Origin: Candidatus Woesearchaeota archaeon
GTDB lineage: Archaea > Nanobdellota > Nanobdellia > Pacearchaeales > GW2011-AR1
Assembly: GCA_964418495.1 (NCBI GenBank)
Contig: CAYQLQ010000003.1
Coordinates: 1 to 32,536, forward strand
Direction: 5' to 3'
Length of the DNA: 32,536 bases
In this document: one piece after another, positions 1-9,536 of the stretch
How the letters are laid out: each line of letters starts with the position of its first letter
How positions within the stretch are numbered: position 1 is the first letter of the stretch
The notes under the pieces: generated by a model
What the model was told of the DNA's origin: nothing
The model's input: only the letters and a program-made list of their open reading frames with translations
The model's database searches: none
Program-made: the position numbers and the translations under genes

Positions 1-1
1 T

Positions 2-460
2 TGTGGAGAATGCGTAGGTCGTCAAGGAAGAGTCTGGTGCGTCCAATCCGGAAGTGCTGGAGCGGACTGTAAGGCTTCTTGTGCTCCTTTAGAAATGCCT
101 ATAACGCGTTTAGCGGATTGTGGAACTTGTATTTATCCTGTAGAGGGGAAATGTGAAGGAAGTATTCTCAAAGAGTGTAGTCTTGATAGAACTACATATA
201 TTTATACCAACTGCGTAGCTCTTGGGGGGACTTGTAATTTAGCTAGGACTTCTGTTGGAATTTTTGCTTGTATTAATGAATATGGAAATCCTATTGGAGA
301 TGATAATGTCGCTATAAATGACGGACCTCCAATTGTAGATTTTGATAATAACTGCGTAGTTGATATTCGTGATTTTGAAAAATTAAAAGAGAAATGGGCA
401 GATAAAGATATTAAAGATTTGATTGAGATGGCGATGAATCTCGGAGTGGTTGTTTGCTAA
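2..460 (+). CDS. C-terminal part of a cysteine-rich secreted protein with one dockerin-like Ca-binding loop (5' end outside window)
   Basis: The frame of ORF 95..460 stays open back to nt 2 (CGECVGRQGRVWCVQSGSAGADCKASCAPLE-MPITR), so the ATG at 95 is probably internal. The protein has many Cys. DFDNNCVVDIRD (338..373) fits the D-x-D-x-N-x3-D-x2-D dockerin/EF-hand loop. Confidence 0.55.
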   Translation, partial: CGECVGRQGRVWCVQSGSAGADCKASCAPLEMPITRLADCGTCIYPVEGKCEGSILKECSLDRTTYIYTNCVALGGTCNLARTSVGIFACINEYGNPIGDDNVAINDGPPIVDFDNNCVVDIRDFEKLKEKWADKDIKDLIEMAMNLGVVVC

Positions 461-1113
461 TGGAAAAGAAAATTTTAATTGGTGTTGTGATTGGGTTAAT
501 TGTGATAGCAGGTGTTGTCGGGGTTCTTCTTAATAAAAATGTTTTGTTCTCGCCGATGATTAAAATGAGTATTGAGCCGTCGACTGTTCGCGTTGGGGTT
601 GGAGAGAGATTTGACACGAGTGTTATGATTTCAGAGGTTTATAATTTTACAGGATTTCAATTTGATGTGACATATAATAAAAAAGCTCTTGAGTTAATTT
701 CAGTAAGTGTTGGGGATTTCTTTTCTTATGATGAAAGCGAAAGCGCGAATCCTTATTTATTTATTGAGGGAGTTAGGGAAGCAGGCACGCAAAAAATGAT
801 TGCAGGAGCCAGGACTTCTAAAGGGAAAAACCTTGACGGAAAAGGGGAATTGGTTAAATTGAGATTCAAGGCAATCGGAGAAGGGGATTCTGATTTAAAA
901 TTAGAAAGTATTTTTCTTGTTGATTCTGAGAATTCTTATTTGAACGCGGAGAAAACTTCGGCGGAAATTTTTGTAAAAGGTGAAGGCAAAAGTGCGTTTT
1001 CTGGGAACTATATTTTCATCGGATTGGTGGCTTTGGTTGTAATTTTGATAATAATTCTTCTGATTATTTTCTTTGTGAAAGAAATTAATAATTCTAACGA
1101 AGAAATGAGATAA
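460..1113 (+). CDS. Membrane-anchored cohesin-domain protein
   Basis: The track start at 454 is TTG; the ATG at 460 overlaps the upstream stop (TAATG). It has an N-terminal TM helix and a C-terminal TM anchor. Cohesin-like signature: VRVGVGERFDTSVMISEVYNFTGFQFDVTYNKKALELISVSVGDFF ... GELVKLRFKAIGEGDSDLKL. Confidence 0.65.
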   Translation: MEKKILIGVVIGLIVIAGVVGVLLNKNVLFSPMIKMSIEPSTVRVGVGERFDTSVMISEVYNFTGFQFDVTYNKKALELISVSVGDFFSYDESESANPYLFIEGVREAGTQKMIAGARTSKGKNLDGKGELVKLRFKAIGEGDSDLKLESIFLVDSENSYLNAEKTSAEIFVKGEGKSAFSGNYIFIGLVALVVILIIILLIIFFVKEINNSNEEMR

Positions 1114-1146
1114 TTTCTTTTCACCGTCGATAAAACCGCAGAAAGC

Positions 1147-1156
1147 TTTATAAATA
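1147..1156 (+). promoter_or_regulatory. Archaeal TATA box upstream of gyrB
   Basis: TTTATAAATA lies 41 nt before the ATG at 1197, with a GGAGC Shine-Dalgarno-like element between them. Confidence 0.5.
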
Positions 1157-1196
1157 AAGGATATTTTCGTATTGAATAATTGGAGCTTCTATTAAA

Positions 1197-3092
1197 ATGA
1201 CATCAAAAAAAGATTACGGGGCGGGTTCGATAACTGTCCTTGAAGGGCTGGAAGGTGTGCGGAAACGGCCGGCAATGTATATTGGTTCTACTGGGAAGGA
1301 GGGTTTGCATCATCTTGTTTATGAAGTTGTTGACAATTCGGTGGACGAGGCGTTGGCGGGTTTTTGCAAAGAGATTAATGTTTCAATAAATAAGAATGGG
1401 TCGGTTACAGTGGTTGACGACGGGCGGGGAATTCCGGTTGATATTCACGAGAAGTATAAAGTTCCGGCGGTGCAGGTTGCGTTGACAAAACTTCACGCGG
1501 GCGGAAAGTTCGACAAAAAATCGTATATGATTTCTGGAGGTTTGCACGGTGTTGGTGTTTCGTGCGTTAATGCGTTGTCTAAAAAATTAATTGTTGAAAT
1601 TCGGAGGGAGGGGAAAATTTATTCGCAGGAATATTCGCGCGGCGACGCGAAGACGAAACTGGTTGTTACAGGAAAATACGATTCTGGGGCTGATGATTTG
1701 AGCGGAACGACAATTACCTTCTGGCCGGACGAGGAAATTTTTTCTGCGACTACATTTGATTACAAGGTTCTTGAAACGCGATTTCGGGAAATTGCTTTTC
1801 TTAATGCGGGTTTGAAAATAAAACTTTTTGACGAGGCGACGAATAAACGCGAAGAATTTTTCGCGGCAGGAGGTTTGATGGAGTTTGTGAAATGGCTGAA
1901 CAAGTCGCGGGAAGTTTTGCACAAGCCGATTTATTTTAAGAGGGAAGTCGACCACACAATGATTGAAATTGCGATTCAGTATAATACGAGTTATCAGGAA
2001 AATATTTTTGGGTTCGTGAATACGATTAATACTGTTGAGGGCGGGACGCATGTGTCGGGTTTTAAGACGGCGTTGACGAGGGTGTTGAATGATTACGCGA
2101 AGAAGACGAATATGTTGAAGAATGATAATTTGATGGGCGATGATGTGCGAGAGGGAATTACAGCGATTGTTAGCATTAAGATTGCAGAGCCGCAGTTTGA
2201 AGGACAGACGAAGACGAAGTTGGGGAATTCGGAAGTTAAAGGTTTTGTTGATTCGATTGTGTCGTCGGCACTTTCGGAATTTTTTGAAGAGAATCCGTCG
2301 GTGGCGAAGAGAATTGTTTCGAAGGCGCTTGATTCTGCGAAGGCGCGGATTGCGGCGAAAAAGGCAAAGGAATTGGTTCGAAGAAAGAGCGCGTTTTCGC
2401 TTGGGGGTTTGCCGGGGAAACTTGCTGATTGTTCGCGGAAAAAATCCGACGAGACAGAACTTTATATTGTTGAGGGAATGAGTGCGGGTGGGAGCGCGAA
2501 GAACGCGCGGAATAAAGAGACGCAGGCAATTCTTCCGTTGAAAGGGAAAATCCTGAATGTTGAGAAAGCGAATCCGTCGAAGGCGCTTTCGAGCGAGGAG
2601 ATTGCGAATATTATTACTGTGGTAGGAACTGGCATCGGAGAGCAATTTGATATTACAAAATTGCGATATAATAAAATTATAATTATGAGCGACGCGGATG
2701 TTGACGGCGAGCACATTAAAACACTTTTGCTGACTTTCTTTTTCCGGTTTATGCCTCAGCTTATTGAAAACGGAAATGTTTATGCTGCGATGCCGCCGTT
2801 GTATCGGGTTAGAAAAAAGAAAGACCATTATGTTTACAGCGATGAGGAATTGAAAAGAATCACAGAAAAGCTCGGGAAAGTTCAGGTGACGCGGTTCAAG
2901 GGTTTGGGTGAAATGGGCTCGGCGCAATTGTGGAGCACGACGATGAATCCGAACACGCGGAAAATAAAAAAGATTTTCATCGAGGACGCGGTTGAAGCTG
3001 ACCAAGTTTTTTCAATGCTCATGGGCGACGATGTTCAGGCACGAAAACAATTCATACAAGAAAATGCGCACGACGCGAGGTTGGATGTTTAA
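1197..3092 (+). CDS. gyrB: DNA gyrase subunit B
   Basis: 631 aa. GHKL ATPase motifs (HHLVYEVVDNSVDEA, DDGRGIPV, GGLHGVG) and Toprim motifs (LYIVEGMSAGGSA, IMSDADVDGEHI). Confidence 0.97.
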   Translation: MTSKKDYGAGSITVLEGLEGVRKRPAMYIGSTGKEGLHHLVYEVVDNSVDEALAGFCKEINVSINKNGSVTVVDDGRGIPVDIHEKYKVPAVQVALTKLHAGGKFDKKSYMISGGLHGVGVSCVNALSKKLIVEIRREGKIYSQEYSRGDAKTKLVVTGKYDSGADDLSGTTITFWPDEEIFSATTFDYKVLETRFREIAFLNAGLKIKLFDEATNKREEFFAAGGLMEFVKWLNKSREVLHKPIYFKREVDHTMIEIAIQYNTSYQENIFGFVNTINTVEGGTHVSGFKTALTRVLNDYAKKTNMLKNDNLMGDDVREGITAIVSIKIAEPQFEGQTKTKLGNSEVKGFVDSIVSSALSEFFEENPSVAKRIVSKALDSAKARIAAKKAKELVRRKSAFSLGGLPGKLADCSRKKSDETELYIVEGMSAGGSAKNARNKETQAILPLKGKILNVEKANPSKALSSEEIANIITVVGTGIGEQFDITKLRYNKIIIMSDADVDGEHIKTLLLTFFFRFMPQLIENGNVYAAMPPLYRVRKKKDHYVYSDEELKRITEKLGKVQVTRFKGLGEMGSAQLWSTTMNPNTRKIKKIFIEDAVEADQVFSMLMGDDVQARKQFIQENAHDARLDV

Positions 3093-3093
3093 A

Positions 3094-3741
3094 ATGGATG
3101 AAAAGTTTTTTGACGAATTGAAAGAGAGGATTCAACCTTTTTTTGAGGGAGTTAATTCTTGTCATGATTTTTCTCATACAGAGAGAGTAAGAAATCTCGC
3201 TTTACAGATTGGAGAAAAAGAAGGAGCAGATTTAGAGATAATAAATGTGGCGGCTTTATTACATGATATTGCTCGAAAAGAACAAGATGAATCGAATGGA
3301 AAAATTTGCCATGCTATAAGGGGGGCGGAATTGGCGAAGAAGGTTTTAGAGGAATTGGAATATGACCCAGATAAAATTCAGCAGATTATTCATTGCATCG
3401 CGACCCATAGATTTAGGGACGAGAACAATAGGCCAGAGTCTATTGAAGCTAAGGTATTATTCGATGCAGATAAGTTAGATGCTATTGGGGGAATTGGAAT
3501 TCTAAGAGCAGCATCTTTTTCAGGACATATTGGAGCTAAAGTTCATAATGAAAAGGTCCATGCAAATAATGCAAAGGATTACTCTAAAGACGATACTGCT
3601 TTTCGAGAATTCTTAGTCAAGCTAAGTAAGATAAAAGATAAAATCCTTACATCATCTGGGAAACAAATCGCAGAAGAAAGAAATTGTTTTATGGAAAATT
3701 TTTTTAATCAGGTAAATAAAGAAGTAATGGGAGAGTTATAA
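3094..3741 (+). CDS. HD-domain metal-dependent phosphohydrolase
   Basis: HDFSHTERV ... AALLHDIAR ... LFDADKLD. The track start at 2992 overlaps gyrB. The ATG at 3094 sits in the TAAAATG junction that recurs at the next two gene boundaries (alternative ATG at 3085). Confidence 0.8.
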   Translation: MDEKFFDELKERIQPFFEGVNSCHDFSHTERVRNLALQIGEKEGADLEIINVAALLHDIARKEQDESNGKICHAIRGAELAKKVLEELEYDPDKIQQIIHCIATHRFRDENNRPESIEAKVLFDADKLDAIGGIGILRAASFSGHIGAKVHNEKVHANNAKDYSKDDTAFREFLVKLSKIKDKILTSSGKQIAEERNCFMENFFNQVNKEVMGEL

Positions 3742-3742
3742 A

Positions 3743-4054
3743 ATGCCAAAAATATCAAAAATAGCGACGCCAGATTGGATTAAGGAAGGTTATGATTCGC
3801 CTCAGGAGTATGCGAAAGCGACAGGGAAAAAGACAGAGAAAAAGATTGAGAAGAAGTTTAAGATTCGCGAGTGCCCGAAGTGTGGGAGTGACGAGGTGGG
3901 GTTGGTGCTGTCAAACAGCGACGCTGAAGAAGGTGGAGGGCGGGAGTGGGAGTGCCGGAAGTGCGGATGGAAAGGAAGTGATATTATCAAAAAAGAATTA
4001 ACCGAAGACGAGTTGATGGAATATTTAGATAAAAAAGGAGAGGAAGTCGCGTAA
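3743..4054 (+). CDS. Small zinc-ribbon protein
   Basis: CPKCGS ... CRKCGW four-Cys ribbon with a Lys/Glu-rich N-terminus. Junctions on both sides are tightly coupled (TAAAATG). Confidence 0.6.
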   Translation: MPKISKIATPDWIKEGYDSPQEYAKATGKKTEKKIEKKFKIRECPKCGSDEVGLVLSNSDAEEGGGREWECRKCGWKGSDIIKKELTEDELMEYLDKKGEEVA

Positions 4055-4055
4055 A

Positions 4056-6509
4056 ATGACCGAAGAAATAAACGAAATAAAAAAAGAAGAGAAGGGAGTG
4101 TTGAATACAGAAGTTACAGGCGAGATGAAGAAATCGTATTTGGACTATGCGATGAGTGTTATTGTTTCGCGGGCGATTCCGGCGATTGAGGACGGGATGA
4201 AACCGGTTCAGCGACGGATTTTGCATGCGATGAATCTTCTTGGATTGAGGCCGGGATTTCAGACGAAGAAGGCGGCGAGAATTGTCGGTGATGTGATTGG
4301 TAAATTTCATCCGCACGGCGACGTTGCGGTTTACGACGCGCTGGTTCGATTAGCGCAGGATTTTTCTTTAAGATATCCTCTTGTTTTCGGACAGGGTAAT
4401 TTTGGTTCTATCGACGGAGATCCTGCTGCTGCGATGCGTTACACCGAGGCACGGCTTACTCCTATTGCGATGGAATTGCTTTCTGATATTGATAAAGAAA
4501 CTGTGAATTTTCTTCCTAATTACGACGGTTCGTTGAAAGAGCCGGAACTTCTTCCGGGGAAACTTCCTGCGCTTGTGATTAACGGGGCGTCGGGAATTGC
4601 GGTCGGAATGGCTACGAATATTCCCCCTCATAATGTTACAGAAATTTGCGACGCGATTCTTGCTTACATAAAAAAGAAAGATATCACAATTGACGAGCTT
4701 TGCGAAATTGTGACTGGGCCGGATTTCCCGACAGGCGGAAGTGTTTCAGGCGACATGGTTGATTTGTATAAAACTGGAAGAGGGCGGTTGGTTATGCGCG
4801 GAAAAATCGGGACTGAGATTGTTAGGAAAAAAGAAGTTCTGGTGATTTCGGAAATTCCGTATATGCTTAACAAGTCGTCGCTGATTACGCAGATTGCGGA
4901 GTTGGTTCGCGATAAAAAACTGAAAGATATTTCTGAACTGCGGGACGAATCGTCGAAGGGAAAGATTCGGATTGTGATTGAATTGCGGAAAGACGCGGAC
5001 GCGAAGTTTGTGATGAATCGGCTGTTTAAGTTTACGCGGTTACAGGATTCTTTTAATGTGAATTTTCTTGCACTTGTTGGCGGGCGACCGAGAGTTTTGA
5101 ATCTTCACGATGTTATGAAAAATTATGTTGAGTATCGGAAGAAAATTATTACGAATCGTTCGAAGTTTGAATTGAAAAAAGCGCAGGAGCGACTGGAGAT
5201 TGTCGAGGGAATGTTGATTGCGTTGAAGAGTATTGATAAAATTATTTCTATGATTAAAAAAGCGAAGGGAACGACTGAGGCGTTGGAAGTTTTGGTGAAG
5301 GATTTTGGGTTGACGCGGAAACAGGCGCAGGCAGTTCTTGAGACGAAGTTGCAACAGTTGACTTCGTTGGAGCAGGACAAATTGAAAAAAGAGAACGCGG
5401 ATTTGACGAGCGTGATTTCTGATTTGCAGAAAATTCTTGGAAGCGTCGACGAGGTTTTGAAAATTATTTCTAAGGAAGTTAGTGAGTTGAAGAAAAATTA
5501 CGGCGATGCGCGGAAGACGAACGTTCTGAAAAATATTCGGGAATTGAAAGAGAAAGATTTGGTGCAGAAGAAAGATGTTGTTGTGACTATTACAGATAAG
5601 AGTTATTGTAAGCGGATGGATGTGCAGAGTTACAAGGAGCAGAATCGTGGCGGGCGGGGAATGGTTGGAAGTGGGTTGGCGACGGGTGATTTTGTGAAGC
5701 AGTTGATTACGTGCTCGACGCACGACTATCTGATGTTTTTCACGTCGAGGGGAAGGGTGCTTTGGTTGAAGGCGTATGATATTCCGGCGGCGGAAAGATA
5801 CAGCAAGGGGAAGGCGATTGTGAATATGTTGAGTTTGAAAGACGAGACTGTTACGAATGTTATTTCAGTTACGAATTTTGAAGATGATTTATTTATGACG
5901 ACGAGGAAGGGAGTTGTTAAGAAGATTGCGTTGAAGCATTTTTCAAAACCGCGGGCGTCGGGATTGCGGGCGATAAATCTTCCGCTGGATAATTCAGATG
6001 TTTTGATTGGCGTCGAGATTGTTCAGAAAGGACAGGAAGTTTTGATTGCGACTAAGAGAGGGTTGGCGATTCGGTTTAATAGCGGGGATGTTCGGACGAT
6101 GGGGCGGGCGAGTTACGGAGTTACAGGAATAAAACTTAACAAGGGCGACGATGTTGTTTCGCTTGAAGTTTTGCGGACGAAGGAGATTCTGACGATTACG
6201 AAGAATGGGTATGGAAAGCGGACAGATGTGAATGATTATCGGAAGACAGCACGGGCGGGAAAGGGTGTTATTAATTTGAAGATTTCAGAGAAGACGGGGG
6301 AGGTTGTGACGACAGCGTCGGTGAATGAGACTGATACTGTGATTGCGACGACAGCGAAGGGGATTGTTATAAGAACTTCTTTGAAGGACATTCGTGTTAT
6401 GGGGCGCGCGGCGCAGGGTGTTCGGATTGTAAAACTTCAGACAGGTGATTCTGTTACAGATTTAGTTAAGGTTCCTGAGCACGAAGAAGTTAATGTTGAG
6501 AGTGAGTGA
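4056..6509 (+). CDS. gyrA: DNA gyrase subunit A
   Basis: 817 aa. GKFHPHGD, active-site Tyr motif [10 protein letters not shown], and C-terminal repeated beta-pinwheel blades. Confidence 0.97.
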   Translation: MTEEINEIKKEEKGVLNTEVTGEMKKSYLDYAMSVIVSRAIPAIEDGMKPVQRRILHAMNLLGLRPGFQTKKAARIVGDVIGKFHPHGDVAVYDALVRLAQDFSLRYPLVFGQGNFGSIDGDPAAAMRYTEARLTPIAMELLSDIDKETVNFLPNYDGSLKEPELLPGKLPALVINGASGIAVGMATNIPPHNVTEICDAILAYIKKKDITIDELCEIVTGPDFPTGGSVSGDMVDLYKTGRGRLVMRGKIGTEIVRKKEVLVISEIPYMLNKSSLITQIAELVRDKKLKDISELRDESSKGKIRIVIELRKDADAKFVMNRLFKFTRLQDSFNVNFLALVGGRPRVLNLHDVMKNYVEYRKKIITNRSKFELKKAQERLEIVEGMLIALKSIDKIISMIKKAKGTTEALEVLVKDFGLTRKQAQAVLETKLQQLTSLEQDKLKKENADLTSVISDLQKILGSVDEVLKIISKEVSELKKNYGDARKTNVLKNIRELKEKDLVQKKDVVVTITDKSYCKRMDVQSYKEQNRGGRGMVGSGLATGDFVKQLITCSTHDYLMFFTSRGRVLWLKAYDIPAAERYSKGKAIVNMLSLKDETVTNVISVTNFEDDLFMTTRKGVVKKIALKHFSKPRASGLRAINLPLDNSDVLIGVEIVQKGQEVLIATKRGLAIRFNSGDVRTMGRASYGVTGIKLNKGDDVVSLEVLRTKEILTITKNGYGKRTDVNDYRKTARAGKGVINLKISEKTGEVVTTASVNETDTVIATTAKGIVIRTSLKDIRVMGRAAQGVRIVKLQTGDSVTDLVKVPEHEEVNVESE

Positions 6510-6548
6510 TTATTCTGGGGTTCACATAGAAATGTTTAAATACTCTAT

Positions 6549-6564
6549 TGTATAAGTTTATACA
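6549..6564. promoter_or_regulatory. Imperfect palindrome TGTATAA-gt-TTATACA just upstream of a two-gene cassette (candidate operator)
   Basis: 7-bp arms with a 2-nt spacer, ending 6 nt before the ATG at 6571. A TTTAAATAC TATA-like element lies at about 6535. Confidence 0.35.
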
Positions 6565-6570
6565 ACTAAG

Positions 6571-6837
6571 ATGGAAGAGAAATTAAATGTTTTGCATTAC
6601 CCAAAATTAGATTCAATTTTGAGGGTAGAGAAAGCGATTCAAGACAGCGAAGACTATCTAACAAGAATGGAGCTTTGGAATAATCTCCCCAAAAAAATGC
6701 AATATCAGACATTCAAATTAATCTTACAGTATTTGGAGATGTCAAATAAAATAATGTTTCAGGACGACAAGATAGTTTGGATATTTCCTAATAACGAAAA
6801 GCTGAACAAACTGATTCGAGGGGCAGTTAAGGTATGA
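6571..6837 (+). CDS. Small hypothetical protein, possible wHTH antitoxin-like partner
   Basis: 88 aa. Its end overlaps the next ORF by 4 nt (ATGA). The function is inferred from context only. Confidence 0.45.
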   Translation: MEEKLNVLHYPKLDSILRVEKAIQDSEDYLTRMELWNNLPKKMQYQTFKLILQYLEMSNKIMFQDDKIVWIFPNNEKLNKLIRGAVKV

Positions 6838-7184
6838 AGGAGACAATTCCTCAATTAAGTCAGGAATTATTTAAAATAAAAATAGGGATAGAAGAAGAGT
6901 TAAGCAATGGAAATAAAACAAATGAGGATTTGTATGATTTAATTCTAAAAACAATTGATTTTCTCAAAAATGAAAGAACTGGAGAACCGATTTCTAAAAA
7001 ATTACCGATTTACAAGTATTTTGAAAAAGAGTACGGAATAACAAATCTTTTCTTAATAAAAATTTCCAAAGAAGCGAGGGCATTTTATACGAATGTTGCG
7101 GAGGGAGAATATAAAATTTTACAAATTATTTTAGAAGTTCATAAGACGCATAAAGAATATGAGAAAAAGGGTGGGTATAATTGA
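6834..7184 (+). CDS. RelE/ParE-fold-like protein (putative type II toxin)
   Basis: The C-terminal NLFLIKISKEARAFYTNV...YKILQIILEVHKTHKEY resembles the RelE/ParE pattern (L-x-x-R/K-I/L-x3-R-x-I/F-Y ... I-L-x-V-x-x-H/R-x-x-Y). Confidence 0.4.
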   Translation: MKETIPQLSQELFKIKIGIEEELSNGNKTNEDLYDLILKTIDFLKNERTGEPISKKLPIYKYFEKEYGITNLFLIKISKEARAFYTNVAEGEYKILQIILEVHKTHKEYEKKGGYN

Positions 7185-7191
7185 GTTAAAA

Positions 7192-7204
7192 CCGCCTTCG
7201 GCGG
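7192..7204. terminator. GC hairpin between convergent genes
   Basis: CCGCC-TTC-GGCGG lies between the stop at 7184 (+) and the stop at 7218 (-). Confidence 0.35.
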
Positions 7205-7217
7205 ATTGATTGAGGGA

Positions 7218-7544
7218 TTAAGGGGATATTATTTTTTGTGTTATCTCTTTCCATTTCCTATTCGAGAATTTTGTAAATTTAAATTTTTTGATTTTTTTAT
7301 TGGAAAGTAAAATTTTGAGGATTATTTGTTTCTTCTGTTCTGGCACGTTTGGAGAGATAGAATTAAATTTAAATCTTTTTTGATCGGACGTAGATTTTAC
7401 TTCGATCTTAACGCCTTCACTATTTATTAAGTCCCATTTTTCATGAGGTTCTTTATTCTTTTGAAAATCTTTTTTCCATCTGTGCTTAATTCTTTTGGAA
7501 TTAAGTAATCTTATTGCTATTTTTTCTGGATCTACTTTGAGCAT
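7218..7544 (-). CDS. Small PD-(D/E)XK-like protein, hypothetical
   Basis: WDLINSEGVKIEVKST matches the D-x(n)-E-V-K nuclease core seen in Hjc/YraN-type proteins. 108 aa and very basic. Confidence 0.35.
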   Translation of the reverse strand: MLKVDPEKIAIRLLNSKRIKHRWKKDFQKNKEPHEKWDLINSEGVKIEVKSTSDQKRFKFNSISPNVPEQKKQIILKILLSNKKIKKFKFTKFSNRKWKEITQKIISP

Positions 7545-7553
7545 TTAAACTTT

Positions 7554-7787
7554 TTATTTTAATGTTGGGATATTCACAGTACAAGATGGCATGTTGTTCT
7601 CGTAGCAATTATTAAGAGTATTGTATGCATATTGCCATTGTGTATGTAGTTCTTTAATATTGGTTTCACATTTATCAAATGTTTGAATTTCTGTAAAATT
7701 GTTGAGTATATTAACTACCCACATTATAAAGAAAACTATTGCAAGAATAATGGCAATCCTTTTAACCCAATCTTTTCTTTTTGTCAT
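7554..7787 (-). CDS. Small membrane protein with Cys-containing ectodomain
   Basis: One N-terminal TM helix (IAIILAIVFFIMWVVNIL) followed by 3 Cys. Confidence 0.45.
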   Translation of the reverse strand: MTKRKDWVKRIAIILAIVFFIMWVVNILNNFTEIQTFDKCETNIKELHTQWQYAYNTLNNCYENNMPSCTVNIPTLK

Positions 7788-7847
7788 GATTCTTCTAAAG
7801 ATATATTCTTTAAAAAGTTATCTTTTAAGATTTGAATAAAATTAATA

Positions 7848-8624
7848 TTAATGCCTTTTCTTAAATTCCTCGCACATATAATTATATTCGCACCAGTTGC
7901 AGAGTGCTGATGTGCAGGCGGGGAATTCGGTGGTGTTTTCGATTTTTTTGATTAGTTTTATTGTTTCTTTTTTGAGTTGCGCGAGTTGTTCGTTGGTTCG
8001 GCTCGAGCAGATTTTGGCGTCGTGGGCGAGGTAGTGCCAGATGAGGCAGACTTTTTTGTCGTTGCCGAAAATTTCTTTTATTGCGATTGAGTAGAGCGCG
8101 AGTTGGCGGTCGGCTTCTATTTTTTCTTTTGTTGGAAGAGAGTTGGAGGTTTTGTAATCGTGGATTTCATATTCTCCGGTTTCTGGATTATATGCGAGCC
8201 GGTCGATGAAACCTTGGATTTTGTGCTCGCCTTTTTCGTCGAGGTTTATTAGGATTTGTTTTTCTGTTTCAAGTGTGTTGTCTTCGAACGGCGAGTGGCG
8301 GTTGCAGTAGTCGACGAGGAATTTGATTCCTTTGTTAAAATAATCTTTAGGTGTTGTGTTGTTCCGGACGATTTTTATTTCAGGGAAAAATTCCTGTTCC
8401 CACGCAGCGATGTAAGCGGTTAAAACTTCGTCTGTTGAGGGAATTTTTCCTGCTTTGGAGTTGAGATTATTGTAGAGCCATTCGAGAGCAGAATGAACGC
8501 AGTTTCCGAGGAGCGCTTCGATGGTCGTGTCTATTTCAGGAATTATTTTATCAATGTATTTGAGTTTGAATTTGAATGGACATTGTTCGAAAGTCGATAA
8601 TCGCGAGTGTGAGTAGGTTCCCAT
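7848..8624 (-). CDS. Cas4-like PD-(D/E)XK nuclease with Fe-S cysteine set (stand-alone)
   Basis: N-terminal CPFKFKLKYI, then GFIDRL, EIHDYKTS (D-x-K), QLALY (Q-x3-Y) and a C-terminal C-x2-C-x5-C (CNWCEYNYMC). A TATA box (TTTTATAAAG, minus strand) lies about 24 nt upstream of the ATG. Confidence 0.8.
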   Translation of the reverse strand: MGTYSHSRLSTFEQCPFKFKLKYIDKIIPEIDTTIEALLGNCVHSALEWLYNNLNSKAGKIPSTDEVLTAYIAAWEQEFFPEIKIVRNNTTPKDYFNKGIKFLVDYCNRHSPFEDNTLETEKQILINLDEKGEHKIQGFIDRLAYNPETGEYEIHDYKTSNSLPTKEKIEADRQLALYSIAIKEIFGNDKKVCLIWHYLAHDAKICSSRTNEQLAQLKKETIKLIKKIENTTEFPACTSALCNWCEYNYMCEEFKKRH

Positions 8625-8672
8625 AGGGGTTCATAGAAAGAGGCTTTATAAAATTTTGATACTACGGGTAGG

Positions 8673-9524
8673 TTATTTTTTGTCCCAAATAATTTCTGTG
8701 TGTTGATATGCGAAGTGGATGTCTTTGGCGTTTTTGATTTGCTTGAAGATCTCTTGGGTGATTTCGCTTGAGACTTTTTGGCGAACTTTTGCTGGCGCGA
8801 AGTATCTGATGTGGATATTTATTCCGTTTTGCTGGAAGTAGGTTCGGATGTAGGGTTCGTTGTTTGTGATTGCGTCGTAATCTTTTGTTAAGCTTTTGGC
8901 TGCTTTTTTGCAGATTTCCATTGCTTTGTCGAGGTTGCTTTTGTAAGTTATCGCGACGACGACTTCGTCGAGAATGTAGTCATCTTGCAGAGTGTAGTTT
9001 ATTATGTTTTGCTCGAAGAGGATTGAGTTCGGGACCATGATTATTCTTCCTGAGTTTTCTTCGCTCGTCGCTATTCCGCCGATTTCTTTTAGATACACGT
9101 GAGTTAAAGTTATGTCAGAGACGTCACCGCGAACACCGCCGATAATTATTCTGTCGCCGATTTCAAACGGACGTTTTGTTACGACCATAATCCATCCTGC
9201 GATTCCTGTGATTGGTTTTTGCAAAGCCCAACCGAGGGCGGCGGAAAGTAGACCAACTGTAAGTCCGAGACTACTCCATGAACCAGAGTAGGAAAATATT
9301 GCAATGATTATTACGAGGACGTAGAAAAGGTATTTTATTATTCGCGAGAAAATTTCGACGTTGGAAATTTGTTTTTTTGTTCGTGCTCTTTTGAGGAGGA
9401 TTCTTCGAAGCCAGTTTATCGCGAGGGTGAAAATTACAAAAATAAAAACCACGAGGATTACTGTTCGCAAAGCTGGGACGTAGTTTTTTAATCCTGCAAG
9501 GAGTGTAAGAATTTTTTCGAACAT
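8673..9524 (-). CDS. Small-conductance mechanosensitive channel (MscS family)
   Basis: Three TM helices followed by ITGIAGWIMVVTKRPFEIGDRIIIGGVRGDVSDITLTHVYL, the typical MscS beta-domain. Confidence 0.85.
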   Translation of the reverse strand: MFEKILTLLAGLKNYVPALRTVILVVFIFVIFTLAINWLRRILLKRARTKKQISNVEIFSRIIKYLFYVLVIIIAIFSYSGSWSSLGLTVGLLSAALGWALQKPITGIAGWIMVVTKRPFEIGDRIIIGGVRGDVSDITLTHVYLKEIGGIATSEENSGRIIMVPNSILFEQNIINYTLQDDYILDEVVVAITYKSNLDKAMEICKKAAKSLTKDYDAITNNEPYIRTYFQQNGINIHIRYFAPAKVRQKVSSEITQEIFKQIKNAKDIHFAYQHTEIIWDKK

Positions 9525-9536
9525 ATTAGAAAAGGA

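Noticed and set aside
1587-3005. A 472-aa minus-strand ORF inside gyrB, with similar long antisense ORFs inside gyrA (5040..5723), aIF5B and the antiporter gene
   Set aside because: These are Arg/Asn/Phe-rich low-complexity translations lying entirely within strongly recognisable genes on the other strand. They are shadow ORFs caused by codon bias.
2992-3093. Upstream start at 2992 for the HD-domain gene, giving a 100-nt overlap with gyrB
   Set aside because: The extension (MKLTKFFQCSWATMFRHENNSYKKMRTTRGW) is the out-of-frame reading of the gyrB C-terminus. The ATG at 3094 uses the same TAAAATG junction as the next two genes.
7848-8624. A Cas4-like nuclease as evidence for a CRISPR-Cas locus
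   Set aside because: No repeat-spacer periodicity and no other cas genes were seen anywhere in the window on either strand.
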